DNA from: Flaccisagitta enflata
Taxonomy: Eukaryota
Assembly (NCBI GenBank): GCA_965153355.1
Contig: OZ231126.1
Span: 10,912,001 to 10,976,000, forward strand
Length of the DNA: 64,000 nucleotides
Direction: 5' to 3'
In this document: piece after piece, positions 23,660 through 35,560 of the stretch
How the letters are laid out: each line of letters starts with the position of its first letter
How positions within the stretch are numbered: the first letter of the stretch is position 1
Translations under genes and position numbers: made by a program
The notes under the pieces: generated by a model
Databases searched by the model: none
What the model was told of the DNA's origin: nothing
Seen by the model: the letters and a program-made list of their open reading frames with translations, nothing else

Positions 23660-25577
23660 GAATATTGAAAATAGTAAATGAGGTCTTGGTGATTTTACAC
23701 AAATCCCGCTCATTTACTGTCATTGTTTTTTTTTTGCAAATTGTATTCTTTTTTTTTGAACTGAGGTCATGGTGATCTAGCACAGAGCCCGCTCAGTTTT
23801 TAATTTTTCAATTTGATTTTTGATGCTGATATTCAATTATATAATCTGTATTACTAATTATTGTTGCCTTAGTAGTTAAAAATCAGCCGCTGGATCAAAC
23901 ATTTTACAGTTTGAACTCATCACCTAATTGTGTATTTCATGGTACAATACTTTGATTCATTGAAAAAATTGTTTGTCATTTCTACTGCTTTTGATGAAAT
24001 TGCCTTTGTGGTTAAAAATCAGCCATTCCGTCAAACTAGTTCTTAGTTTGACCGTCAAGCCCTATCCATACTTGTGTAGGTGCAAACATTGATTAACCAA
24101 AAAAAAAAAAAAAAAAAAAAAAATCAAAAAAAATCTTAAAAACCAAAAAAAAAAAACCTTCAGTAAAACACCCATGCCAGGTTGCAAGTCCTGGAGGAAG
24201 AAGCTTGAGCACTGAGTTTTGCAATTTTTGTTGATTTCGCTTATTTCTGCCTTTATTGCAAATATTTCATGGTTAAAAAATGTTTTTTTTTAACATAAAA
24301 GGGAAAAGAATATGAGAATAATGAAAATACTAAATCAAACAAGCATCTTTAAAACAAACAGGCACATTTTTTAAACACACACTAGACAGTACAATTTTTT
24401 CCTTTTTTTAAAGATTTTCTCAATTTTTTTGATTTTTCGCTAATTTTTGCCTTTATGGCAGCATGTATAAAGCCCTAAAAATGAAAAAAAGCTTGCATTG
24501 GAAGCCTAATTATTGTCATGAGAGGTAAGAGTAAGGCAAAAATACATCATCTAAGCCAAAAACAAATGGTTTTTAGCGTCCTGGTGGCTATTACCAATGG
24601 CCTATATCTTGGCGATTTTCGCGATTTTCGCGATTTTCGCGATTTTCGCCTATCTGATACCTCATTTTTGATCGAAAATGGATTATTTTTCCTTAAGACA
24701 TGGATACCCAATTTTTTTTCTATCCTTTTCTACATTCAATAAACCCCCAGATTCCAGAGTCTCATAAGGAATTTCCAAAAACAACCCTGTATGACCCCCC
24801 CTAGTCTACATGAAATATTTTGTCAGAAAAACTATTTCATTCAAAAAATCACAACTCAGTCGTTTTCTGATGGAAATAGGAAAAATTAGTGACCAAAATG
24901 TAGAATTTTTTAAGGGGCATCTGATACTTTTTTGCGCGACTAAATCGGTTCAGCCGTTCAAAAGATATGGCCACTTAAAGATGGAAAAAGGAGAAAAAAA
25001 AGTCAAAATATGAAATTTTTCATTCTTTTCCGCATAGTTTCGTCCTTTTTTTCACTCTTTAAACCTCGTCTGGTTCTGAAGGCTGTGTTGAGTGCTCATC
25101 TGGCAGCTTGGTCAGGTTTATTTAAGCAAAAAATGATCTTCGAGTGGTAAAAAACAACCTAAACTAGCACTTATGAAAACAAGGCCGAATACACGGGTGG
25201 GCAGGGGCCATATTTGAGGTCACTTGATCATTTTGGCAGTAGCAGTGAGGCAAAAGACCGCAAAAACCCAAGAAAAGTAAAGTGTGACCAACGGATGGAC
25301 CAACCGACGGACTGACAGACTAACAAAGCGGCATGTAGTCGCGTAGCACGCGACTAAAAAAAGTTTCGGTTATGATTTTTTTTATTTCCTTTGATTATAT
25401 CACCTCATTGAAAGAAATAAATTCATGCACAGAAAAATTTTTGATTGCTTTACAGGTCCATCACAGGTCAAAAATTGGTAAAAAGTGGTTAGATAAAGAA
25501 AACTTTACATTTTTGTGTGCAAATTTTAGCTAGCTTGTATTTCACTCGGCTTTGGTCTGTCTGTCTGTTGGTCTCTG

Positions 25578-25770
<193 letters not shown>

Positions 25771-26977
25771 TCGGGCTGTGTCTTAGCTTGTATTGATCAT
25801 GTGACATATGTATGGAGAGACAGATGGACAAACAGACGAGTGAAAAGACTCTCGAAACATGCTGGTTGATCATTTGTTTCAGTGTAGGATCTCACCGTGG
25901 CCAAAAACAGACGAGAAACGCGGTTTTTGCACAGGCGTAACGGACGGACGGACGGACGGACGGACAGACGGACGGACAGACGGACGGACCAACGGACGGA
26001 CCAACGGACGGACAGACGGACGGACACTCTTATAGAGATGCGTTCCTGATGGACGCATCTAAAAACAGGTTGGATTTGTATAAAGATACATCTGATGTGT
26101 TTGTACTGTCTGGTTTACGCGATCTAAACTTTTTATCAAGTCAATGGACCTCTATAAATCTATTTCTATCAACTAGTTGCTACGTGTTACAGAGAAAAAA
26201 AAATCATCACATCAGAAGGGGGAGAAGAAGAAGAAGATGAAGAAGAAGAAGAAGAAGAAGAAGAAGGAGAAGAAGAAGAAGAAGAAGAAGAGGAAGAAAA
26301 AGAAAACGAAAAAGTAGGAGAAGATCGAAATGGAAATGATGGTAATTGCAGTCAGCATTGATATCATTTGCATAATGTAGTTTTATGATGACTGCTCTTG
26401 TGTAACTTGGTTGATTTGGAAAACTGTGAGTTTGAATCAAAAATATGATAAGAACTTAATCCTTCATGTTGTGAACTAAAAAGAAGGAAAATCTTAATTG
26501 CAAGTAAAACTTATCAACATCGTCATGCGTTTAATGTAGCCACCCGGCCAAAAGTGGATATCGATGATTATATTACTGAAAAAAATCATGCGCTCCAGAA
26601 ATTCTATCGCCTTCAAGTTGTTACTAAGCGCGCTCAGGCGGAGGTGAGACTTAAGAGCCAGCACTGGCTTGGCAAGAATTTGTGGGCAGTTGCCAGACTC
26701 AAGTAAAGTAATCGTGTTGTGAAACCGGTGTCTGGCTGGGGAAGGCAACCTCCTCCATCATTCACTGACCCCCACTTTTTTAAGTTAAGTTGGCAGCGCT
26801 CAGGGGAAAATTTTGCTTGTCGGCAGTAAAGAACAATCAAGAGGCCTGATAGATGTAGTTCAAACATCGCTGTTTCACGCTGGTAACTGGCCGCCCCTTG
26901 ACCTGTATTGATATGTAATGATTGAAATGAGATTTTTTATTCTTATATATGACATAAATCATTCATTTTGTGTTCTA

Positions 26978-27380
26978 TATGATAGGTGGAACAACATCCC
27001 TCACTATACCCAAACTGAAATGAATGGAAGAGGGCCTTGTGAGCCCTCACTGACTAGTTACTACGCGCATCACTCCTAGTTTTCCATAAAACAGAATTTG
27101 ATAAACATTTCCTCTCACTCTAACCCAAAAGAAAACTCCTCACCAAAATAGTTAAGGGCTAATGTCTGCTACCTTTGTTACCAAAATTCAACAAATCACC
27201 CGAGGGTAACATTGTTAAGAAACCATACCCTTAGAGGATAGAATCGAGGTCAAGCTTACTGCGACCGCCGGACATTCCAATCCAAGGTACTGAGTAGTAT
27301 GATAGGTGGAACAACATCCCTCACTATACCCAAACTGAAATAAATGGAAGAGGGCCTTGTGAGCCCTCACTGACTAGTTA
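26978..27380 (+). repeat. 83-bp direct repeat pair bracketing ~240 bp
   Basis: TATGATAGGTGGAACAACATCCC...GAGGGCCTTGTGAGCCCTCACTGACTAGTTA at 26978-27060 and 27298-27380 (1 mismatch). Confidence 0.85.
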
Positions 27381-28462
27381 TGTATATTATATCAATGTTA
27401 AAAATGAGCGATTTATGACAAAAATTTAATTTGCCTCAGTCGCGTTCACTTTTCCCCGCTATCTTTGGTCTAATCAACAATTTTTATACTATTTTCATGT
27501 TCATACATGTGTTATCACATCTAGCTAATTTTCTTGCTACTTGATGAAATATTCTAACTAATTCCAGCGATTTTTAAGGCCCAAGCGACGAGTTTTCGTC
27601 AGCCACAGTCAGCACCAGAGGATACGAATGCCTTGAGACGGGCGGGGGAAATCCACTTTCTCTCAGTCACAGTCACAAGTTTCAGTTCTTACTTTAGTGG
27701 CGTCGCAAAGTGAAAGCACTAAGGAAGATTCTACTGAGTTACGTCATTTTTTCAACATATATTTCCTTTCAAACAAAACTCAATGATAGTTGAAAGAAAA
27801 GAGATTCTAGAATTAAATCAATCATGCCTGCTTATTTTCGTTGTCATGGGGCTTTTTATTGTCGTTAAAATAGATAATCAACTGACGATACGAAATAACT
27901 TTTTTTCGTAATGAAGAATTTTATTTATCGTAAGAAATATGCAAATGAGGATTAGATCCACTGACGAATGAATCACCTGCGCAGACTTCATCAAATTTAA
28001 ACGTTGGAGGATCCTTCTTTCTTTCTTTCTTTCTTTCTTTCCTGTATCCTCCTGCATCCTAGGCCGGCACTTCGGCGCTCTCCTGCCGTGTAGCGTTGCT
28101 ACCGTGCTACACAAAATCGGCACCTCTGGTCTGAAGATTGACTTTTTAATCTGCGATTCTTTGAAAGAACATATCTCGAAAAAAAAAAAGATTAAACAGT
28201 TCCCTATATGGGCATAGTAGGTTTAAAAAACTTCGCCTTTTTAATTTTCTTTTCTCCATTAACTTGATTTTCTTGATTTTCTGGACTGGCTTGATTTCCT
28301 CATTTTCCATCTTTTACTTTTCTTCTTCTTCTTCTTCTTCTTCTGGATTAGCATTACAAACACAGTTTAAGACAAATTATTTAATATAATAAAATGGTTG
28401 AAAACAACAAGAATTAGATACTCAATCACGGCTTTTCTTTCCTTGCGAAAAAAATGTCCATT

Positions 28463-28516
28463 TCAAATGTCCAACTCTGGAAGATCGACCGTATTTAAAA
28501 TTTCTTGAAGGATGAC
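28463..28516 (-). CDS. Group 7 allergen-like protein, exon 5 (total product 233 aa)
   Basis: Acceptor cctcag|GTC in phase 0. Translates VILQEILNTVDLPELDI*. Confidence 0.8.
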   Translation of the reverse strand, partial: VILQEILNTVDLPELDI

Positions 28517-28721
28517 CTGAGGAGAAAAAAAATCCGTTTGTGTAAAATTCCATGAAGTCTGTATGGCTGCCTGTGTCCGTTTTTTTTTGTCTGTTTGGCG
28601 CTCTCCGGTTGTCCTTCTCTGTCTCTGTCCACTGTTTGGCTGTGTATCTGTGTGTCTGTCTATGTGTCTATGTGTCTGTGTTTCTGCCTGGGTCTGTCCG
28701 TCTGTCTGTCTAAGTTAGATT

Positions 28722-28776
<55 letters not shown>

Positions 28777-28777
<1 letters not shown>

Positions 28778-28956
28778 TTCATGGGTGGTCCCAAAGCCAA
28801 AGCCACGACGTCCTTGATGATGTTGATGACGAAGTTGTTGAACTTGTTGAGGATGAAGTTGAGGATGTTGAGATTTCCTTTGATTTCCGTTTTGATTTCT
28901 CCCAAATCCACGATGGCGAAATTGTGAAGCGTCGGACGAGCGCCTTTCTCCAATGG
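28777..28956 (-). CDS. Group 7 allergen-like protein, exon 4
   Basis: Acceptor acatag|CCA and donor AAG|gtgaga. Translates PLEKGARPTLHNFAIVDLGEIKTEIKGNLNILNFILNKFNNFVINIIKDVVALALGPPMK (long amphipathic C-terminal helix). Confidence 0.87.
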
Positions 28957-29175
28957 CTATGTATGAACGGAATGAATGAATGAATGAATGAATGAATGAA
29001 TGAATTACCTAATGAATGAATGAATGAATGAATGAATGAATTACCTAATGAATGAATGAATGAATGAATGAATGAATGAATGAATGAATGAATGAATGAA
29101 TGAATGAATTAATGACTTTATAAGCTATTAACCCTTGGATATTCGGATACGCTCTCCTTGCCCTTAGCCCCTTAC

Positions 29176-29350
29176 CTTTTCGATTTCAAATGTAAATCCA
29201 ACAGCTTGCATGGCGATGTTGACACCAAATGAAGGACCGACATTCATGAACTTGGCGGAAGCTTTGTAGTTCCCGGTCAAATCATTGACTCCAACTGTAG
29301 CGCGGATTCGAGTCCCGTTGTCCATCTTTGTTGTTGATGCCAATCCAGTT
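29176..29350 (-). CDS. Group 7 allergen-like protein, exon 3
   Basis: Acceptor cttcag|A (phase 2) and donor AAG|gtaagg. Translates TGLASTTKMDNGTRIRATVGVNDLTGNYKASAKFMNVGPSFGVNIAMQAVGFTFEIEK. Confidence 0.87.
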
Positions 29351-30030
29351 CTGAAGATTCATCAGTAATTCCCGGTCAATGTGTAGATATTGACCTCAGA
29401 TCCTAAATCTGAGTCCTTGTGAATTTTCCTATTTCTCTTTTATATGCGGCCGGTCCGAAGGTAGTAAAGGCATGGGCTCTAGCTTGAACTAATCTGCTTG
29501 AATTTGGTCCTGAAAGATACCTTGGCGTATGCACATAACTCTGTCCATCTCATTTACCAAAATTTTGAACTTCTTAGGGGCCCCTAGGGGCCCCCAAAAA
29601 AGCCCTTAATGAGAATATTTTTTTGAGAAAAAAAAGTGGGGTGCAATCGATAGGAAATTGCTCATTCGCCTAGATCCAAAATCTTGTAATTTCACTTTTT
29701 TGAAAAAAACTTAGAAAACTTTTGTGTCGGCCATATTATAAAAAAAAAGTTTACAGATTCTCCGGGAATTTTTTCAGCCTGATATGGTTCAAACAAATGT
29801 TCATAACTTCCGAAGTATTTGAGCCAGAACCTTGAAATTTGAAACGTGCAATATTGAAAGCATTGGGCAGGTCCATGCAAAAGATTGAGCTACTGACGGA
29901 CCTATGAAAATTTTTGAGTCTAAGTCTACAATGTGACATTAACATATCCCATTTGATTGGAGGGTTGCAAGGGGCTGTCTAAAAATCAACAAATGCATCA
30001 TGGCTTCCTGTTTTCACTTTTACACAATTA

Positions 30031-30235
30031 CAGTTAACCCTGCTTCAACAAACCCGTCACAAAAGAAACTCCGCCTATGGTGGATGCAAGTTCATACTTC
30101 CTTCATGTTGTTTCTTTTCATTTCTATTAACAGAATCTATTTCCATCAACAGAATTATTTCTATTAACAAATTTCCGCTTATAACAGATGCAATTTGTTT
30201 GTCCTCAGAAGTCCGTTTGAGCGAGATTTTAACTG
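30031..30235. mobile_element. Short pogo/Tigger-like MITE inserted in a splice donor
   Basis: TA|CAGTTAA... / ...TTAACTG|TA with imperfect ~25-bp TIRs. Confidence 0.6.
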
Positions 30236-30238
30236 TAC

Positions 30239-30399
30239 CTGTGAATAGAGCTGAGGCCTTTTAGGAAGCCATCGTAGACCTTCGCCGAACCACGCAGTTC
30301 CATGCCGAGAACCTTCTTGGAGAATTCAAAGGACCTGATGGGCAACATGAGAGGGTCTAATCCCGTGTTCTTGATCGCCACTCGAAGGTTCTTCAAAAT
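30239..30399 (-). CDS. Group 7 allergen-like protein, exon 2
   Basis: Acceptor caacag|ATT and donor CACAG|gtacag. Translates ILKNLRVAIKNTGLDPLMLPIRSFEFSKKVLGMELRGSAKVYDGFLKGLSSIHR; GLDPLxLP and GxLxGLSxIxR are typical of the Grp7/TULIP family. Confidence 0.88.
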
Positions 30400-31163
30400 C
30401 TGTTGAAAGACATACGATGACTGATGAACGAAAGTGGAATCCTAGAACTCATTTTACTATGAGCCAGTATGGCGAACTGCCGTTGACTCCTAGGACTCAA
30501 GCCACTATGAGCCCTCTTACAGAGTTGGCCTGATGTTGGTGTATGTAATTGGAAACGGATTGGTCAGTGACCAATCTGGTATTTATTACAGATGGCAATC
30601 GCCCTCAAGGGGCCTTCAATAATTCAAACCATTTCGATGAAAACCATCCGGTTGTAACTTTGAAATTACGGCAACCTTCGTCTCGCAAAAGTACAAAAGG
30701 AAACAAACTGACATAAGAAAACAAGGCCGGATACACGGCCAATACCAGTTGCGGACGGGTGGGCAGGAGCAGAAATGCGCGTTTCCACACTTTCCAACTC
30801 GATCACCATGACGGACCAACCGACGGACCGACGGACGGACGGACAAAGCCTCTTATAGAGTTGCGTGTCCGCAACTAAAAACAAAGCTTATCTGTATTGC
30901 ATGATGTCTTTGATGAGAAGATAGAGAACGCTGACCTAATCTTTTCGACCAAAGAAACAAGGCCGGATACACGGCCAATACCAGTCGCGGACGGGTGGGC
31001 AGGGGCGGAAATGCGCGTTTTCACACTTTCAAACTCGATCACCACGGACCGACGGACCGACGGACCGACGGACGGACGGACCAACGGACGGACGGACGGA
31101 CAGACGGACAAAGCCTCTTATAGAGTCGCTTGTCCGCGACTAAAAAAGAAGTTAAAAGCCTAC

Positions 31164-31295
31164 CTCATCAGCGTAATCGTTGGCATTTCCACTGTGGACA
31201 TCGACGATTCCTTCAATTCCATCACCAGCAGTTTGAGGCCGAGCTGAGGCCAAACTTAAACACACCAACAAAAAGACGCAAACTGAGGATCTCAT
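31164..31295 (-). CDS. Group 7 allergen (Der p 7)/TULIP-like secreted protein, exon 1
   Basis: ATG at 31295. MRSSVCVFLLVCLSLASA (signal peptide-like) followed by RPQTAGDGIEGIVDVHSGNANDYADE; donor GAG|gtaggc. Confidence 0.85.
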
Positions 31296-31432
31296 CTTTC
31301 TCGTTGGTTGTGTGAAAATTCGACGGGATTCGAAATGGATGTCAACAGTTTAAACAGATTAAAAGTATACTAATTCTTTTTTTTTAAAGATTATACAAGC
31401 CGCGAAAATCCATTTTCGTGTTCAAGCCATCG

Positions 31433-31440
31433 TTTTTATA
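31433..31440 (-). promoter_or_regulatory. Candidate TATA box of the Grp7-like gene
   Basis: TATAAAAA on the minus strand ~140 bp upstream of the ATG; position-based inference only. Confidence 0.3.
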
Positions 31441-31787
31441 TGAGTAATAAGCCGTATTTAATGGGGCTGAAGATCGTGATCGACTTCAAATGTGACCCCA
31501 TTAATAACAAGTTATGAGCACTTAACTAGGCTGATCAGATGTGAGGTTCTCATGAAATACACTCTTTTTTTCTTATAAGAACATGTTATTTTTTTCTGAG
31601 GCTCAATGTTCTTATTTCCAGAACAATATGAGGTTCAAATTATTCTTGGGATGTTTTTTTTTTCCAAAACTCAGCTCATACAGGAATACTCAAATTCTGA
31701 TTGCTAATTAAAAGGACATGAGAAATGAATGATCAATCACAAACAAATTGTATTTAAGTTTAAAACTCATTGAAGTAAACTATAATA

Positions 31788-34155
31788 CAGTGGACTACCG
31801 CCTTTTCGTCACCTGATTTAACGACATTTCGGATTTAACATCCAGGTTTCCTTGGTCCCAAATTTTAACAGGCTTATGTAATGTTAATTTTACCTGATTT
31901 AATGACACCTAATATAACAGCCAAACCTGATTTAAAGTCGCTTTTTTCAGGTCCCTTGAAATTTTTTTTCCTGATTTAGTGACCTTTACTTTTTAGTTTA
32001 GTTAGGTGATTTGAATCTTCATTGAAGCTATGATGTATTATAGAATTGTAGAAAAATATTTTAATATAAACTAAGACTGAGACAAAAACGTGAACAAGAT
32101 AGCAACTAAAGAATGAAAAAAATTATGCACCCCCCTCTACATAGCCCCCAAAAGAAAAACCAAAAAACCGTCTCTGGGGACCCTAAGAACTATCATCTGG
32201 GATGTCTTAGCTACCTAAAACAACATCAGACTAAATCATTTGAATGCAAAATTTTGATAAAAGTCATTTTTTTGGTAAAAATCAAGCATTTTTTAGCATA
32301 TTTAGCATTTTTTCTGTTCACTTAGCTTCCAAAACTTTAGAAAATATCTGAAAAGTGTAGGGATACCTAATATACAACTGCTTTTACCATTTCAAGCTAG
32401 TTTTGGTTAATATTTTAAAGATTAGAGCAAAAAAAATAGCAAAAAAACAGCAAATTAAGCTCTTTTTTAACATTTTTTCTGTCTAAAATTGTTCTAGCTA
32501 CTTCAAAAAGCCTGTAAACTATAAAAAGTGTGTGCATGTAGTTTTACTTTTTTAGCAATTTTAATGAAATATCTATCACTTAAAAGTTTAAAAAATGACT
32601 TAGAAACGGTAAATTCAGGCCTTTGTAGGTGCGACAAAGCACCTTTATAACTGGCTGTGTCCGTCGGTTGGTTTGTCGGTTGGTTGGTAATGCATTACGT
32701 ACGCTAGCATGTTGGTCATTCATCTACACACCCCCCTCTGCATGGCCCCAAAAGTATAAACAAGATTTTTTTTTTGCTCTTTAGGCTATATTTCAGGTAA
32801 TATGTTAAAATAGCTATTTGATAAAGGAATGGTAAAAATTATAAGATTATTATTATATGATGCAATAACCTGAGATATTTCCAAGATTCTATGCATTTTC
32901 ATCATTCTCAACTCGATCACCATAACGGACGGACGGATCAACGGACCGATGGACAGAAAAACGGACGGACGGACAAAGCTTCTTATAGAGATGCGTGGAT
33001 GCATCTAAAAATGCTATGGGATGGAGTGACCAACCTGCCGACCAACACAGCAAGGTGTAAGGTTGCGAGTCCATGATTAAGACTACAAAATAATGAAATA
33101 TATGTAAAAATATATGTAATAGTTAGATATCTATGAAAATATATATAATATATATCTTTAATTAAACAAAATAATTAAGAAACAATTTGATCATGATGAA
33201 GCTTGAAAATACAAAAAAAAACCTGAATTTACGGTTTCCAAGTCATTTTTTAAACTTTTAAGTGATAGATATTTCATTAAAATTGCTAAAAAAGTCGAAA
33301 CTATGTAGTCCAACTGTTTCCACACACTTTTTATAGTTTACAGGCTTTTTGAAATAGCTAGAACAATTTTAAGGCAGAAAAAATATTAAAAAACAGCTTT
33401 ATTTACTGTTTTTTTGCTATTTTTTTGCTCTTATCTTTAAAATATTAACCAAAACTAGCTTGAAATGGTAAAACCAGTTGTATATTAGGTATCCCTACAC
33501 TTTTCAGGTGTTTTCTAAAGTTTTGGAAGCTATGTGAACAGAAAAAATGCCAAATATGCTGAAAAATACTTGATTTTTGCAAAAAAAATGACTTTTATCT
33601 AAATTTTGCATTAAAATGATTTAGTCTGATGTTGTTTTAGGTAGCCAAGACATCCTAGATGATAGTTCTTGGGGTCCCCAGAAACGGTTTTTTGGTTTTT
33701 CTTTTGGGGGCTATGTAGAGGGGGGTGTATGAACAAAAACAATGAAATATCATCAGTAGATAGGTTTTTTTTTTTTATTGAATTAAAATCAGTTATTTTT
33801 TAGTAATATTTTTTATCCCATAAATGATTTATGGCATCTTAAACTTATCTTTTACATGACATTGTGAGTCGTTACAAGGCTACATTTATCTCTCTGTTTT
33901 TGTTTGTCTGTTGTTCTGTTTGTCTATATGTCTGTCATTCTGTTTATCTTTTGCTCTGTCTTTATGTCTGTTGACTATTTACACAATTACTTGAATACTG
34001 ACTATAATAATCAATTAGGCACTGATGCTAGCCTTTATTGCTTATGAAGCAGTTTAGATCAATGAGAGAAAATGATAGATTCGATTTAACAACATTCGGA
34101 TTTAACGACCAAAATTTTCTGGTCCCTTCAAGGTCGTTAAATCGGGTTCCCACTG
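31788..34155. mobile_element. pogo/Tigger-like MITE interrupted by the 32128-33727 foldback
   Basis: TA|CAGTGGA... and ...CCCACTG|TA ends, with recurrent GATTTAACGAC motifs near both ends. Confidence 0.65.
32128..33727. mobile_element. 1.6-kb foldback element, CAC..GTG termini, 4-bp TSD (Chapaev-like)
   Basis: CACCCCCCTCTACATAGCCCCC / GGGGGCTATGTAGAGGGGGGTG and TSD TATG (32124-32127, 33728-33731). ~490-bp inverted arms; interior holds HINE-like inserts. Confidence 0.85.
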
Positions 34156-34843
34156 TAATCACACAATCACAATTATTTTTATTTACAGCAGTTCCCTCAT
34201 TAACCTAAAGCAAAAACAGAAAGAATGTTCTTATAACCACCCCTACTGTGAGACTGACGATATTCTTATGATTGTTCTTATTTTTTTCAAAATATGAGCC
34301 TCAATGTTCTTATAAACAAGGTTCTTAGTCAAAGAAAAGAGTGTAGAACACCGAGAGCGTGAAGATTGCTAGTTTGTTAGTGTTACCGAGAGTTTTTAGA
34401 TGCGTCGACGCATTTGTAGAAGCGGGTTTGCCTTTCTGTCCCTTCGTCCTTACATACATTCGTCCTTCCCTTCTTCCGTCCTCCCGTCCTTCCGTCCACC
34501 CGTCCACCTGATCTTTCAGAAATGACTATCATATAAAGCCAAATGGGCTCTTACAAGTTGCTACTTATCAGTTACTACTTAGACTGGGGATTGGGGACGC
34601 AGCTGACAAAGTGGGAAGCGTTTATTTAGGTTTCTGGGCGGGTTACGCTCTTTAAATTAAATAAGTTCTGAGGCCTTTGTTTAAAAAGATTTTCGGGTCC
34701 TATTCCTGTTGGCGACGTTGTGTATCAACTCTATATCGACCAACGATTACCGAAAACAAAAGACATAGACTCAGAGAAAAAGTTTAACGGTAACTTCAAT
34801 CGAATGATGTGCACTGACGGGCACTAGGGCTACTTAGCAAATT

Positions 34844-35560
34844 CAGGCCTCTAGATTTTGGAGCAGCGAGCAGCGCCGCTTCTCGGCAGGGAAAGGGAGA
34901 TGTCGGCAGGTCCCAATCATAGAAGAAGGAGAAGAAGAAGAAGAAGAAGAAGAAGAAGAAGAAGGAGAAGAAGAAGAAGAAGAAGAAGAAGAAGAAGAAG
35001 GAAAAAGCTAGGAAACAGAAGAAGAAGGAGAAGATCGAAATGGAGATGATGGCAATTGCAGTCAGCATTGATATCATTTGCATATTGTAGTCTTACGATT
35101 ACTGCTCTTGCATAACTTAGTTGATTCGGAAATCTGTGAGTTTGAATTAAGGTATAATAACAACTTAGTCCTTTATGTTGTGAACTGAAAAAAGAAAAAT
35201 CTTATTCGCATGTAAAAATTATCAACATCAACATGTGTTTCATGAAGCCGCCCCCCAAAAAATGGATATTGATGATACAATCACCGAAAAAAACTGGAAA
35301 AATTAGAAATATACTGATTGATATGTTCGCTACTGTGTAAGCTTTAAACACATTGGTGGGGATGAGAGCCATCATTGCTCATTAGCTTGGCGGGTAACTG
35401 TAGGCAGTGCCGCAGTGGCAGGGCCCAGGTTGACAAACCAGCCACACCTGCATTGGAAGTGGAACTTTTTGTTTTCCATTGACCCCTTTTTTAAGTTAAA
35501 TTGGCAGCGTTCAGGGGAAAATTTTTGCTTGTCGGCAGAAAAGAACAATCAAGAGGCCTG
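34844..35560. mobile_element. Interspersed repeat with CAGGCCTCT..AGAGGCCTG ends; second copy at ~26220-26848
   Basis: About 600 bp of shared sequence starting at a (GAA)n tract and ending ...GAACAATCAAGAGGCCTG. A related end occurs at ~2320-2385. Confidence 0.6.

Larger units (their letters stand above)
17963..24803 (+). mobile_element. Full-length hAT-superfamily (hATm-like) DNA transposon carrying a cargo gene
   Basis: Termini TAGGGGGGGTCATACAGGGTTG.../...CAACCCTGTATGACCCCCCCTA. Perfect 8-bp TSD GTCTACAT at 17955-17962 and 24804-24811. Inverted arms ~0.8 kb; internal transposase. Confidence 0.93.
31560..34343. mobile_element. Outer TA-flanked MITE hosting two nested elements
   Basis: TA|CACTCTTTT...TATAAGAAC and GTTCTT...AAAAGAGTG|TA ends, with recurrent TGTTCTTAT motifs in both flanks. 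Confidence 0.6.
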
